A stretch of DNA of 64,000 nucleotides from a virus (lineage: Duplodnaviria; Caudoviricetes), in IMG/VR virus record IMGVR_UViG_3300036987_000310, positions 32,001-96,000 of that record; one strand, given 5' to 3'. Below the pieces are notes generated by a model. That model was not told where the DNA came from, searched no databases, and saw only the letters and a list, made by a program, of their open reading frames with translations. Below, piece after piece: positions 1-11,024 of the stretch (position 1 is its first letter; each line of letters begins with the position of its first letter). A program made the position numbers and the translations under genes.

Positions 1-2499
1 GCGTCTGACATAACGACGATAGGAACCGCCGGTTCTGCAAGAAGAAACTACATAACGCCCGTAGTAAAACGGTCTGTGCGCCCAGTTTTAAACCCGTCTT
101 CTGAATTTTCCACATTGCGTCCGGCACACATATCCAGGGGGTTTACTCTCGCAAAGATGGGTTCGTCTTCATCTGTTCTGCAACAAGGCGTTGACTACGA
201 CCTTGGCGACGACGGCGTGATAAAATTGAAGTTGGACATTGCGTATGGAGATGTTCTTCGCGCAATGTATGTAGCTCGCGTCATGCAGCCATCCGGAACT
301 GTTTTCGAGTTCAACTTTGCTCGAGAAATAGCCCCGGACGGTTCAAACGGGCTGGCTGGGCAGAAATTGGTGGCGCATTACAACCTCCTGGCGCCTGATA
401 CGTTTTTTTACCGAGTTGAAACAGTTGTTTCCATGCTTCCGGAAGCCAAGGAGACTGTTGTTGGTGGGGACGTTGCCACTTCTTCTGGACCCAACATAGT
501 CAGCACTCCTTCTCAGCAAACAAAGGACTCCGGCCTTCCAAGCCCGTGGTATTATAGCGCCCATTACCGGAACGTGGACGTTGTCGTGCAAAGGTTTTTG
601 CTATACTATAACGATCTAATAAACATGTACGAAGATTTGTTCGAGTATGTTGATGGAAGACATGTTGGAGGGACGTCTGGAAGATTCAGATACGACGGCG
701 TTTTAGGGAGAGTTGTTTCAACTTATGACGAAATCAAAAACGACATAGACGACAGCGTTGTGTTGTACAACTCATTCTCCATGAGCAGTGCATTTCCGCC
801 CACCCAGGTTTCTGTACCGGTCTATGGAAAAATGTCTGACACAAACAACTTGTCCAGAATTTTTCCAACAACTAAGACCGGTGCTGCGTTCATTGGAAAC
901 GTCAGCACAGCAACCACTGGACAGCAAGTTGGAAGCTATGACATAGAAAACATCGTTTCCACGGGCACAACTGTTACATCCAGAGCTTCTGCATTTTTCA
1001 CTTCATCCCTTCCAATCACTGGAGGGACACAGTTCACCTTGGACTCGTCCTCGTCAGCTACGGAGTTAACAAATGTTTTGACTGGCGGGTCAGTTCATTA
1101 CGGAACGAATGGGGACTCAAGCTCGCTGACGCCTCCATTCACGATTGGTCAAAAAATTCAGGCATTCGATTTGGACGAGATAGTCATCGGGGAAGGTGAA
1201 ATCACGGACGTAGATCCCGTGGACGCATATGTCGTGTTTACGACGATTAAGACCAGTGTTCAAATCGGAAGTCTTGCCCAAACGGCGGCAGACTTTGAAG
1301 GCGACGCGAACATGCAGCATATGTACACGCCGGGGGTCGACTACCTCGTGTCCTCCGATTCTGGGCAGATTGTGTATTTTAAAACGCCAACAGGATCTCT
1401 TTTTCAGAACAACCCACTTCAGGGAAATGAGATCATCCATGCTAACATAACTTTCGGTAATACAGACCTGGCGCCGTTCAGATTTCCTGCCCTTGACGGT
1501 TTGGAACTGGACGATTCCGGACATCAAAGCGTTCCGAGAACGAGAAGCAAATGTGAGCTCAGGTGTTTGATTCAGGAACTTTCGTCAGTTAAAGTTGGAT
1601 CTGCAAAGTATCCGATTTTTAGCGGACCACTGACTGATGTTGAATCCAATGTTCCGCTAAAAATCGGGGATGAAATTCAGTTTGTCAACGGTCCGAACAA
1701 TGGATTTTCTACGACAGTCACGAACATCTCGTCCGGAAATGTGCACACTAGCCCCCCATTACCCTATTTAACCCCCTCCGAAAGCGACTTTGTGGTTGGG
1801 GTCCATGAGTTCGAGTCATTTCTTGGCGACGAGGTAATGATTCTAAACAAGGAATTGGAAAAGCTGGGTTCTGTCATGGGGATGTTTGGGACGACTGTTA
1901 CTGGCGGGTCCGGGATCGCCACGTCAACCTCTACGTGGCAAGACGCTTCTGCCAACTTTTCTGAAACGGAGGGCATGTTGCTCAGGGTTATGGACGGTCC
2001 GAGCATGGGTCTTTACAGAATAGATTCAGCTTCTGGAGACACAATAACGATAAGCCCGTCTCCTTATTCCCAGTTCATATTGGGAATAGGGCAATACCTG
2101 ATTGTGGAACCGTGGCCGTTTTTGAACGAGTCTGAGTTCCAATTCGTGTCATGGTTCCACAGAAGCACTCTCGAGTTTCTTCAGTCCACGACGTCTTGGC
2201 TCGCGTCCCCGACGCTTTCCGGCTTTGTAGGAAGAATGAACGACGTGGAACGGAGAAGAAGAGATTTGAACGATGCGGTAAGCGACTCCGGGTCTCTCAC
2301 AAGTTTGCTTCGAAACGGCGACAATCTTTATGACACGAGGTACCTGTGGATAAATCAAAGAACGAACAGGGAGACCGGACTGGTTCAGCTTCAAGCTCGG
2401 GCATACCTTCAGGGTGTGATCACGATAGCAAAAGTGACGGAGAACCAACGCAAAAGGTTTCTGATGGAGTCGGTTGCGTCGGTTGCGGGTCTGGTGTGA
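1..2499 (+). CDS. Large virion structural protein, 5'-truncated by the window edge
   Basis: Frame 1 is open from base 1 to TGA at 2497-2499, so the ORF starts before the track's 76. It is S/T/G/V-rich and lies in the baseplate block. Confidence 0.7.
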   Translation, partial: ASDITTIGTAGSARRNYITPVVKRSVRPVLNPSSEFSTLRPAHISRGFTLAKMGSSSSVLQQGVDYDLGDDGVIKLKLDIAYGDVLRAMYVARVMQPSGTVFEFNFAREIAPDGSNGLAGQKLVAHYNLLAPDTFFYRVETVVSMLPEAKETVVGGDVATSSGPNIVSTPSQQTKDSGLPSPWYYSAHYRNVDVVVQRFLLYYNDLINMYEDLFEYVDGRHVGGTSGRFRYDGVLGRVVSTYDEIKNDIDDSVVLYNSFSMSSAFPPTQVSVPVYGKMSDTNNLSRIFPTTKTGAAFIGNVSTATTGQQVGSYDIENIVSTGTTVTSRASAFFTSSLPITGGTQFTLDSSSSATELTNVLTGGSVHYGTNGDSSSLTPPFTIGQKIQAFDLDEIVIGEGEITDVDPVDAYVVFTTIKTSVQIGSLAQTAADFEGDANMQHMYTPGVDYLVSSDSGQIVYFKTPTGSLFQNNPLQGNEIIHANITFGNTDLAPFRFPALDGLELDDSGHQSVPRTRSKCELRCLIQELSSVKVGSAKYPIFSGPLTDVESNVPLKIGDEIQFVNGPNNGFSTTVTNISSGNVHTSPPLPYLTPSESDFVVGVHEFESFLGDEVMILNKELEKLGSVMGMFGTTVTGGSGIATSTSTWQDASANFSETEGMLLRVMDGPSMGLYRIDSASGDTITISPSPYSQFILGIGQYLIVEPWPFLNESEFQFVSWFHRSTLEFLQSTTSWLASPTLSGFVGRMNDVERRRRDLNDAVSDSGSLTSLLRNGDNLYDTRYLWINQRTNRETGLVQLQARAYLQGVITIAKVTENQRKRFLMESVASVAGLV

Positions 2500-2645
2500 A
2501 ATGGTCGCATTCGCACAAGCTAGCCACAAACCCGGCTTTCAAGAATCTTCTTTTGGCTTTGCGTGACGGGTTGGAAAAAACGATAGACGCTGAAAAAGCC
2601 AAACTTGAAGAATACGTTCAGGCGAGGAAGCGAATGGGTGGCTGA
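2496..2645 (+). CDS. Small hypothetical protein (49 aa)
   Basis: The GTG at 2496 overlaps the upstream TGA (GTGA coupling). Helical sequence MKWSHSHKLATNPAFKNLLL; fills the gap to the next gene. Confidence 0.6.
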   Translation: MKWSHSHKLATNPAFKNLLLALRDGLEKTIDAEKAKLEEYVQARKRMGG

Positions 2646-2647
2646 TC

Positions 2648-4858
2648 ATGGCCGAGTCTTGGATCAACCTAAAGTTAAAAGTAGACCCGCTTGCCTCGCT
2701 GCGGCCACCGCTGAAGTCTGCGCTCGTTGTTCTTGAAGCTATTGAAAAAATCCTGGAAGCTTTGCTCGCCTTGATAAAAGCTTTCATGCTGGACCTATTA
2801 AACCCGCTTCGAGCGCTCATTGCTCTTCTTCTCGCAGCGATTCGCGCAATTTTGAATCAGATAAGGTCTACAGGATTTGCTGTTTTGCTGGTTAGGCCGG
2901 ATTTTCGTAGATCCGATCTCCGCGGCGTTTTTAACTCTGTGTCTGGAGGGTACAGAGCATTCGAGTCAAAAGTAATAGGAAAATTTTACGATGATTCTGA
3001 CCCATTTCGCCCTCAGTATACTCCCGGCATGTATGCTGCGATGGCAGTTTTTTACATAGGAGTTGAGTCTCCCGGAGACTTGATGGGAGAAATACTGGCG
3101 CTGCTTGACTTGATAAAGCATCCCATGGACGACATAGGAGTCGCCGCTCCCGTTGGACTAACAGTCAGCACTCCATCGCAAAGTGGAGACCCGGCTTCTC
3201 AATTTTGGCGCCTCTTTGAACCGTCTGCTGCAAACAAATCTCTTGTGCTCGAGTGGAAAATGCCTACGTCTGTTTCAGGCATTGGGTCCCCAACTCTTGT
3301 AGGACAAATTGCGTCTTCTCTTCCAAGTTACAATCTTGGGCAGAAATTCATAGTGGAAAGAACTGACGACGACAAGCCGTCTGGCGAGGTTGTGCTCGTA
3401 AAGCTCGACACTAAAACGCAGGGCAGCAGAGTTGAAAACACCATTCGTCGATACAATGTTCCGTCTGTTTCCACAAAGGTAGCTGTCAAAGAAAGAAATG
3501 GCGGAAAGTATAGGTTTTTCAAAGTTCGAAGAAAAGCAGATGACTCCACGTATTTGGGGGGTTTGACTGGAACATATAGATACATAGACACTGGTCTTGT
3601 TCCAGGCAGGGCGTACCGGTACAGGGTTCGAGCGTACATGGGGACCTTGAACGAAACTTATGTCGACAATGATCACATTAAAACAGCAGACGACGCCGCA
3701 AAGTATTTGACAAAACAGGATGCGAATAGCGGAGTGATCATAAACTATGGCAAAAAAGTTGTCATGGGGAAGCCAAGCTCAGTTGTTCGCGGATATGTTC
3801 CTGAAGAGACGTCCGACAACGACATATTCAACATGTACACGGACATCATGAATGCCGTCATGGCAGCTTTGTTGTTGAACTTTGAGCTTCCTCCCGCGTC
3901 CTTGGGCGACAATGCCACTGTTGTTGAACAAAAAACCGGGTGGGGAAGTCTGGCGGTTTTGGCTGGCCCAGTTGGGTGGATGAAGGTTGAGAAAAAGTAC
4001 AAGGCCTCGTCATTTTCAGGACACCCGTTCTTGAAGCCCGCGATGCGGAGGGTTGTAAACCCAGTGCTGGAGAAGCTCAGGAAACAACCACAACTCGTAA
4101 AAAGACTTTCTAAGTCATGGTCGGCTGGCGTTAAAGAAACTGTTGAAAGAATTTTGCTTCAGGTCGGGTATGAATTTGAGACGAGCGGGCTCGGTCCACC
4201 TCCTCAATATGACTGGGGCGTATTTGGTCTCAGAGGAGATGTGACAGACGCCATGAATGCTAATATTAGAACATATTTGGCGTTGGAAGATCCGAGTTAT
4301 GCCACATCGGCTGTTGGTACATATTACGGTCCGCTTCCACGCGAAGCCGGCGCTCAAGGCGCGCATGCTACCGTTCAAGAGCGCACCGACCTTGCCGACT
4401 TTTTGAGGCTAGCCCTTGCCATAAACGATCAGTCAGCAAACTACTTGCAGTGGTATTCGGTGACGGTCGGAGACTTGTTCCCTGCTCTTGTCCCTTATTT
4501 GTACGACTTCGAGCAGTGGATTCTGGCTCTCTTGAAAGCTTTAAACAGTGCCTTGCAAGAAATTGCTGACATAATCGAAACCCTGCTTCAGCGCGTTAGA
4601 GACTTGGAACAGCTTCTCAGAGCGATCATGGCGCTTCTTGAAATGTTGAACATCGATTTGACTGTAAGCGCCATGTCGGTTACTGGAAATAACGGCGTAG
4701 AAGACTTGGTTCAGGGGCTATTGGCATCTGAAGACAAGCCTGGAGACCTGCCGTTCGGTTTGCATGCAGGATACGTCTTCACGGCTGGCGGTCCCGGACC
4801 AGGGTTCACTAAGGCTCTTGAAGCGCTGACATTTCTAGTCTCTGGTGGAAAACTGTGA
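2648..4858 (+). CDS. Virion structural protein with fibronectin type III-like segment
   Basis: 736 aa; YRYIDTGLVPGRAYRYRVRAY is the typical FN3 strand motif. Amphipathic Leu-rich helices at both termini. Confidence 0.6.
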   Translation: MAESWINLKLKVDPLASLRPPLKSALVVLEAIEKILEALLALIKAFMLDLLNPLRALIALLLAAIRAILNQIRSTGFAVLLVRPDFRRSDLRGVFNSVSGGYRAFESKVIGKFYDDSDPFRPQYTPGMYAAMAVFYIGVESPGDLMGEILALLDLIKHPMDDIGVAAPVGLTVSTPSQSGDPASQFWRLFEPSAANKSLVLEWKMPTSVSGIGSPTLVGQIASSLPSYNLGQKFIVERTDDDKPSGEVVLVKLDTKTQGSRVENTIRRYNVPSVSTKVAVKERNGGKYRFFKVRRKADDSTYLGGLTGTYRYIDTGLVPGRAYRYRVRAYMGTLNETYVDNDHIKTADDAAKYLTKQDANSGVIINYGKKVVMGKPSSVVRGYVPEETSDNDIFNMYTDIMNAVMAALLLNFELPPASLGDNATVVEQKTGWGSLAVLAGPVGWMKVEKKYKASSFSGHPFLKPAMRRVVNPVLEKLRKQPQLVKRLSKSWSAGVKETVERILLQVGYEFETSGLGPPPQYDWGVFGLRGDVTDAMNANIRTYLALEDPSYATSAVGTYYGPLPREAGAQGAHATVQERTDLADFLRLALAINDQSANYLQWYSVTVGDLFPALVPYLYDFEQWILALLKALNSALQEIADIIETLLQRVRDLEQLLRAIMALLEMLNIDLTVSAMSVTGNNGVEDLVQGLLASEDKPGDLPFGLHAGYVFTAGGPGPGFTKALEALTFLVSGGKL

Positions 4859-4865
4859 GGACTCG

Positions 4866-5564
4866 ATGGCGTTCAATTTTTTCGGAACTTTCACCAGAGC
4901 CCAATGGTACGATTTCAAAGACTTCGCCACAGTTCAACGAACCGAACTTGAGGCTAGAAAGCGCTGGGTTGACATGGAGCTTGTTAGAACTGGACAAGTT
5001 TCATGTACCTACGACGAAGATGGAGCCAACCCGATAAGCTTCGAGGCTTCTCCGAAGAGCTACATGGGGAAGCTTCTTCTTGCTTACAGAATGCTCGGGG
5101 GAGTTCCTGAAAACGATATGCTTTTGCGAACTCGAAACCAAGCTGTTTTTCTGAAGCAGGGCATAGACATGTATGACACCCCAGCTTATTCCAATGGAAG
5201 AAGGCAAAGGGGGTCCCAAAGGTTTGACCGCACGCTTGGTTTAGCAGTTGAAGCCATGAAGAAATGGCAATTAGAGGCTGTGAAAGCGAAAAGAGAACAT
5301 TTGGAGTATAAAATAAAGCGCGCCATGGACTATGCCGATCAGCTTGAGCAAGAATCGGAGATGCTTAAAGAGCTGATCGATGGCTTCCTTGTGGACGATC
5401 AAATGGTTAGAGTGGAAACCACGATCGCTCAACCGGACAGATATAACGTGCCAGAAGGTCTTGGAGACAGATTCGGAAACGAAATCGGTTCTCCGGGAGA
5501 CGGAGCCTTTGACGACGCCGGCCTTGTGGCAGCCACGGATAATCAGCGCGTTCCCCAAGGATGA
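4866..5564 (+). CDS. Hypothetical virion-block protein with coiled coil
   Basis: In-frame ATG at 4866 (MAFNFFG) just after the upstream stop. The track start at 4845 overlaps the upstream gene. Confidence 0.65.
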   Translation: MAFNFFGTFTRAQWYDFKDFATVQRTELEARKRWVDMELVRTGQVSCTYDEDGANPISFEASPKSYMGKLLLAYRMLGGVPENDMLLRTRNQAVFLKQGIDMYDTPAYSNGRRQRGSQRFDRTLGLAVEAMKKWQLEAVKAKREHLEYKIKRAMDYADQLEQESEMLKELIDGFLVDDQMVRVETTIAQPDRYNVPEGLGDRFGNEIGSPGDGAFDDAGLVAATDNQRVPQG

Positions 5565-5567
5565 CCC

Positions 5568-6728
5568 ATGAGCTACGATTTCGCTCTGCAAAAGCTGTGC
5601 AGTCATGAGATCCGAATGGAGAACGGTCTATACGATAGGGATACAAGCACAATTAGATTTAGGACGCCACCGTCAAATCAGAACGTGACCGTTTGGGTCG
5701 ATGGCGTGAAAGTTCCGCAGGCCGGATTGTGGTCGTACGCCACGCTAATTTTCACAAATGCAGGTCCTTACAGGATAAAGCGTGGCGAAAATGACTTGCT
5801 CTACATGCAGGTTGGAAATGAGCCGCCCACGTTCGTTCAGCTTTTGACCGGGAACGTGCGGGCTAAGGATATGGTCAAGGATTTGGCTTTGAAGGTGCCG
5901 TCTCTGGTTTTTTCGGTGGAGCGAGAAAGGGTCGTAATCAAGTCAAAAACTCCTTTCCATGGGGCGGCTTTTACTTTTTCAGACCCTAGGTGGACCGATC
6001 GAGCGCAGTCTCTTCCCACCACTGCAAGAGTTTTAGCTGCTTATTCCAGGCTCGGAATTGTTCCGGGGAGAGTTGTGACTGGAAAAATGCTGTTCCCATC
6101 ATGGTCGATAGAAGGAGATGTTTTGTCGACATGGGATAAAGACAGGGTTGTGAAATTTCATAAAAGGATACCGAATCAGGCCCCGGTGACGCATGTGAGC
6201 TATGTCACATACCCTACATATTGTAGACGTTGTGGCGGGACGAAGGTTGAGTTTGACTACAATATAGTTGGAACGACGTACGAGAGAGTCACAGACGCTG
6301 ATCTTTTGTCTCAGGAATTCGACAAGTTTTTGTTCACCAGGCTCGGATCCCATTGGAAATGGACATGGCTCGGGTCCAGACTCATTGATCGCATAGGCGG
6401 GAAGGGGTCAACTGGACAAACGACTGTCAACTCCATGCTGTCAATGGACATTAGCCAAGCTTTCTCCGTATATCAAAACATCAAGATGCAGCAAAGCCAA
6501 AACTCTCCGGAGCAACAGGTTACGGATGCCGAATACCCGTTTTCCGTACGCAACGTCAATGTCAATTTGCTTCCAGACGACCCGACTGTGGCTCTTGTTG
6601 GGATAACGGTTGTGTGTAGGAGCTTGGAGCCCGTGTACCTCAAGAGGGTTGTCGGCAACCCGAATCCTTACACAATAGGTTCCAACCTAAGTTTGGCCAC
6701 CACTCCAGATTTTCTCCTTAGAGGGTGA
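5568..6728 (+). CDS. Baseplate wedge protein, gp25-like C-terminal domain
   Basis: CRRCGG motif followed by a C-terminal alpha/beta segment (QQVTDAEYPFSVRNVNV...VALVGITVVC) resembling gp25-like wedge domains. Immediately upstream of the baseplate J-like gene. Confidence 0.55.
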   Translation: MSYDFALQKLCSHEIRMENGLYDRDTSTIRFRTPPSNQNVTVWVDGVKVPQAGLWSYATLIFTNAGPYRIKRGENDLLYMQVGNEPPTFVQLLTGNVRAKDMVKDLALKVPSLVFSVERERVVIKSKTPFHGAAFTFSDPRWTDRAQSLPTTARVLAAYSRLGIVPGRVVTGKMLFPSWSIEGDVLSTWDKDRVVKFHKRIPNQAPVTHVSYVTYPTYCRRCGGTKVEFDYNIVGTTYERVTDADLLSQEFDKFLFTRLGSHWKWTWLGSRLIDRIGGKGSTGQTTVNSMLSMDISQAFSVYQNIKMQQSQNSPEQQVTDAEYPFSVRNVNVNLLPDDPTVALVGITVVCRSLEPVYLKRVVGNPNPYTIGSNLSLATTPDFLLRG

Positions 6729-6760
6729 CGGCCAATTTTTTATTGCGTACCGTATGGTAC

Positions 6761-9700
6761 ATGGCCACTATCCCTAAGCTGAACTATCCGGACGGTTCCG
6801 GAACGACCACCGGTCTCACTATCACTACGAATGTGAGTGAGATGTCGTTTTCTGGAACCGTTGATGCGAACACAGTCGACATTCAAATCGACGTGAACGG
6901 ATCGGGCTTTGTTTCAGACCCGACTCTCGTCGAGATTTCGGCCGGCGTCTTTCGCGTTCCCAATTCATCAAGTTTTCCCGACGGATTTCAGTTTGAACAT
7001 GGAGAAAACTCCATTCGACTGAGGGCTGTCGATCTTAGCGGCGGCGTAAGCCCTCCGGCAGTCATCTCGGTGTCAGTGTTTACCGACGACGAGCTTGGAG
7101 TCACGACGCAGTCTCCTACGGGCGTTGTGGTGAACAGGAGGGCAAAATCCGTCGACATATGCTGGTCTGACGTCATGACTGAAGGGGCCAGCGGATACAA
7201 CATATATGCTGCCACGGGGTCTGGGGGGACGGGGTCCGGGTACCTAAAAGTCAATAAAGACATGATATCCGTCGATTCCCCGACTGTGTCCGAAATATAC
7301 GAAAACCCAGTTGGAAACTTTCAGTATGAACTTCCGGAAGCTGATGGGAGCAGCGATCTTCAAATCGTAACGGACACGACAGACCCCGCGAACGGGGAAG
7401 TCATCGAACGAAAGTCGGTAAACTGGATATCCCTTGTTGGACAGTCTAGATATAAACTGTCTGTGGATGTTGTGGCCACGATTCCCGTGAAACGGTTCGT
7501 TTTCAATCACGACAGAGCCAGAGGCGTAGGCAGCGGGATTATGAACTCCGACGTGTTTGGGACCGTTGGAAATGACGATCCGCTTTTTTACGTTGTAACA
7601 GCTCTGTACTTTGACGTGTCCACAGGGGGTTACCTAGAGAGCAGGTTTTCCCAAGAGCTTTCCGCGGCCCCGCTACCTCTTGATAAAACTGTTCGCGGCA
7701 TCAACATTAGGAACCAGTCAACTGTTGCTCGAGACTATATTGAAGAAGTTCAAAAGGCTGAGCCGGTCTTGTCTTTGATTCCGGGGTCCACTGTCCGAGA
7801 AGTTCACATAGAACCGTTTGCAAACGAAGCTCAAAGGGTGTACTTCCTTCTTGACTTCGTGCACAGAGCGAAATCTTTTACTGCTTTGTTGGCAGTCGAC
7901 GACCCAAACTCCACCGGGACGAGCATTCCGGTGGACAATTCGCAGTATAAGTCAAATCTGAGATCGGCGCTGAACCTTGCTGACAACACAACAACCCAAA
8001 GCTTAATAGATGGAGCTTTCGATTCTCTTGCTCAGAATTTCGGAGTTCCTCGTCAGGGGGCTCGAGCAGCGACGGTGGTGCAAACTTTCTATACGACCAT
8101 TCTCCCCACGCGCGATCTTCTAGTGTCTCAAAATGCGTCCGTTTCGTCATCTATAGACAGCACAGCGCCCAGGTTTGTGTCTCGCGGCGCGGTGTTCATG
8201 TATGCCAATAGAGCTTCTCAGTATTGGAACGTTGAAAAAAGCCGATATGAGGTCAAAGTTGAGATGATTGCAGAGTCCCCGGGGTCTGCTGGGAACGTGT
8301 CAGCAAATGTTTTGGACACTGTTGTCTCAGGCGCCACTGGGCTCAAGACCTTGAACGAACAAGCAGCAAACTTCGGCAGGGACGCTCAAAGTAATCTTGA
8401 GCTTGCTGAGTCTGCCATGCTTGCTTTGACATCTTTGGACACTGGAACTGAAGGAGGATATTATAAGTCTGCGGTGTCCATACCCGGCGTTCTGGAAGTA
8501 AAAATTGTCAAGTCTGGCGACCCGTTTATGATGCGCGACTGGGACCCGGTTCGAGGCAAGCATGTGGGGGGAAAAGTAGACGTTTACGTGAAGGGAACAA
8601 TTGAGAGAACAATTGTTGAAAGCTTCGCGTTCCAGTTCACAATCGCTAAAAATGTTAGGTTTGAGGTTGTTGACGCGACAGCCTTGACGTTCAGAGCCTT
8701 GGACTCGCGATTGACTCCGTCCAATCCGATTCAAGAAATCATGAATAACCCTTCGCAAGATTTGGGGGTCAGGAATCACTCGACAACTCCGACTCAGTCT
8801 TACGATTTGACCGGTGCGATCATCGTCAATTACAACACAATTCAGTTGAACTCCGCCATTCCTCAGCCTGTGACAATGTTTGATGATTTCGTCGAAGGCG
8901 ATTACAGATACCGGAGCAACAACCAGTTCATAGCTAGCGTGCAACCGATTCGGAGGGTTTCTTCTGTCGTTGGGGAGGTGTCGGGAACTCTGGATTCGAC
9001 GCTTGGGTACGACTTGTACAAGACGCAAGATCCGCTTCTCGAGGGAGAAAGCTCGCTGGCCAAGGACTATGTGTCCATAAATCAAGTAGATGGAATTCCT
9101 GCTGGAAACATGGTCCAGGTCAATGATGAGCAGCACGTTTTGATAGGGCAATTTGAAGAGCCGATGGGATCTGTCGGAATAAACTCTCTCACTCTATCCG
9201 TATACAGCCGAGATAGGCTCATCGAGTACCAGGGGCCAAATTCTGCAAATCCAGATTATCTTATTGTCGAAGGAACGCAAACGACGGCTTCGAGGATAGT
9301 TAGGACAGCGCTTTCCAACATAGACAGTGGAGACACTGTTTCCATTGATTACCAGCACGATGAAAACTTTTACGTGACTTATGTTGTGAACGACGTCGTT
9401 CAGCGCGTGGCGTCGGTTGTGTCGAACATGCGTCACGTCACTGCAGATGTTGCTGTTAAACAGTCCTTGGACAACCCTGTGTCTATGGAGACGATAATTC
9501 AACTACTTCCGAATTCAAACCAGTCCACCGTCGATTCAAACGTGAGGACTTCGCTCACGAGGCTCACGGATTTGCGCGGCCTAGGCAATCCGATACATCA
9601 ATCGGACGCCACGGGCGCCATCGAAGCTATTTTTGGCGTCGACTATCTAGTGCAACCTCTTTCCAGGTTCACTCTTCAAACAGGGGCATATCGCATTAGA

Positions 9701-10189
9701 GAAAAGGTGTACTCCGACTATGAGTTTATGCCTGGTTTGAGCTATGGAGCGAATGCCGTATATATTTTGACGCAGCCTCTGCCTTTCAACACCACTGATG
9801 GAGGAGGCCCCAACACTTTGCATGTCGGCGTCTACCTTGACGAACAAGTCATGACGAAAGCTCCGTCTTTATATGACGTCGGGAGGGGCTACCAGCAATG
9901 GTGGGTAATCGGGAGGCTAGGGGCTGTCATAATTGGATATTCTGACGACGACACGCTATACCCGGATTTTTTGACCGCCGAAGCTGTTGAAGCAGAACGT
10001 GTTCGAAGAACGGCTAACAAGGTTGTCGTATCTCTTGACGCTAGCGTTACGCCTTTTGACACGCCCGACAATCATTCTTTTGCAGCCACATACATTGTCG
10101 AGAACGACAAGGGCGTCAAAGACATATCTGTGTCTCCAATAGAATACCTCACGATCGGCGATGTTACACTGACATACAAGTCCGCGTAG
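6761..10189 (+). CDS. Baseplate J-like (gp6-like) wedge protein
   Basis: Baseplate-J motifs: IAESPGSAGNV, GRDAQSNLELAESA, LDTGTEGGYYKSAVSIPGVLEVKIV, GGKVDVYV, IHQSDATGAIEAIFGVDYL. The ATG at 6761 is the likely start. Confidence 0.8.
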   Translation: MATIPKLNYPDGSGTTTGLTITTNVSEMSFSGTVDANTVDIQIDVNGSGFVSDPTLVEISAGVFRVPNSSSFPDGFQFEHGENSIRLRAVDLSGGVSPPAVISVSVFTDDELGVTTQSPTGVVVNRRAKSVDICWSDVMTEGASGYNIYAATGSGGTGSGYLKVNKDMISVDSPTVSEIYENPVGNFQYELPEADGSSDLQIVTDTTDPANGEVIERKSVNWISLVGQSRYKLSVDVVATIPVKRFVFNHDRARGVGSGIMNSDVFGTVGNDDPLFYVVTALYFDVSTGGYLESRFSQELSAAPLPLDKTVRGINIRNQSTVARDYIEEVQKAEPVLSLIPGSTVREVHIEPFANEAQRVYFLLDFVHRAKSFTALLAVDDPNSTGTSIPVDNSQYKSNLRSALNLADNTTTQSLIDGAFDSLAQNFGVPRQGARAATVVQTFYTTILPTRDLLVSQNASVSSSIDSTAPRFVSRGAVFMYANRASQYWNVEKSRYEVKVEMIAESPGSAGNVSANVLDTVVSGATGLKTLNEQAANFGRDAQSNLELAESAMLALTSLDTGTEGGYYKSAVSIPGVLEVKIVKSGDPFMMRDWDPVRGKHVGGKVDVYVKGTIERTIVESFAFQFTIAKNVRFEVVDATALTFRALDSRLTPSNPIQEIMNNPSQDLGVRNHSTTPTQSYDLTGAIIVNYNTIQLNSAIPQPVTMFDDFVEGDYRYRSNNQFIASVQPIRRVSSVVGEVSGTLDSTLGYDLYKTQDPLLEGESSLAKDYVSINQVDGIPAGNMVQVNDEQHVLIGQFEEPMGSVGINSLTLSVYSRDRLIEYQGPNSANPDYLIVEGTQTTASRIVRTALSNIDSGDTVSIDYQHDENFYVTYVVNDVVQRVASVVSNMRHVTADVAVKQSLDNPVSMETIIQLLPNSNQSTVDSNVRTSLTRLTDLRGLGNPIHQSDATGAIEAIFGVDYLVQPLSRFTLQTGAYRIREKVYSDYEFMPGLSYGANAVYILTQPLPFNTTDGGGPNTLHVGVYLDEQVMTKAPSLYDVGRGYQQWWVIGRLGAVIIGYSDDDTLYPDFLTAEAVEAERVRRTANKVVVSLDASVTPFDTPDNHSFAATYIVENDKGVKDISVSPIEYLTIGDVTLTYKSA

Positions 10190-10197
10190 GAGTTTCC

Positions 10198-11001
10198 ATG
10201 CCGATCGTTCGAGTAAATCTCAATAGTTACGAAGACGGTGAAGAGTACCTGGGAAGACTCAGTCAAGAAGCTGATACTAACTTCCGGGTGTTTCTTGCGC
10301 TTCTGTCTTCTTACTGGAGGTCAACTGTTGACGGGCCAAACTATGCCAGAGAGCTTAAAGCCATGGCAGTCTCCATGGCTCGCATAAGAATCGCTTTGGA
10401 CGACGTGAGAGCAGACGCTGATTATCGCTCGACTAGAGCTGAATTCTTGTATCAAGTTTTAACATCTATGTTATTTCCTAAGGAAGCTGCCAATCCAGAT
10501 TTTGGAGATTTGGATTTTGCTGAGTTTTTGCGGGAGTTGGTTAAAGTATACTTCGCCGGAAGCACCCCGCCAAGCATGGGAAAGGCTGTTGAACTTGTCA
10601 CTGGCGGCATGACTGTTTTGATTACGGAAAACTTTCAAGAAGCCAGGAAGCCAGGGTCTGGGTTCGACATATCGGACGAGCATACTTTCAATGTTGATGT
10701 TTTTCTTCCTTCTCCCGGTTCCATAGACGTTTTTCTCGCAGAAAAGAACATAAGAATTCTTCTGGGGATAATTCGCCCGGCGCACACCCTTTACAGGTTG
10801 AAATTTGTTTTGCAAGACGAATATGTTGGAAACAAAACAGATCTTCAGCCTGCAAAGGTTTTGGACTCTTTTGTCTTTGAATTGTCAAACTATGGGTATG
10901 AAGACTTTCGGAAATTTGTCGAGGGCGTAAAAGGGATTGACCCGCTCGGGGTCAAAAAACCTGTTCATGTGATTGATGAAGACCACAGCGGGAACTGGTA
11001 G
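10198..11001 (+). CDS. Baseplate wedge / tail protein (P2 gpI/gp7-like)
   Basis: Follows baseplate J; has RELVKVYFAGST...KAVE and LLGIIRPAHTLY motifs typical of this class. SD AGGAG upstream. Confidence 0.65.
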   Translation: MPIVRVNLNSYEDGEEYLGRLSQEADTNFRVFLALLSSYWRSTVDGPNYARELKAMAVSMARIRIALDDVRADADYRSTRAEFLYQVLTSMLFPKEAANPDFGDLDFAEFLRELVKVYFAGSTPPSMGKAVELVTGGMTVLITENFQEARKPGSGFDISDEHTFNVDVFLPSPGSIDVFLAEKNIRILLGIIRPAHTLYRLKFVLQDEYVGNKTDLQPAKVLDSFVFELSNYGYEDFRKFVEGVKGIDPLGVKKPVHVIDEDHSGNW

Positions 11002-11024
11002 ACTTTAATGAGCAGGGAAACGCA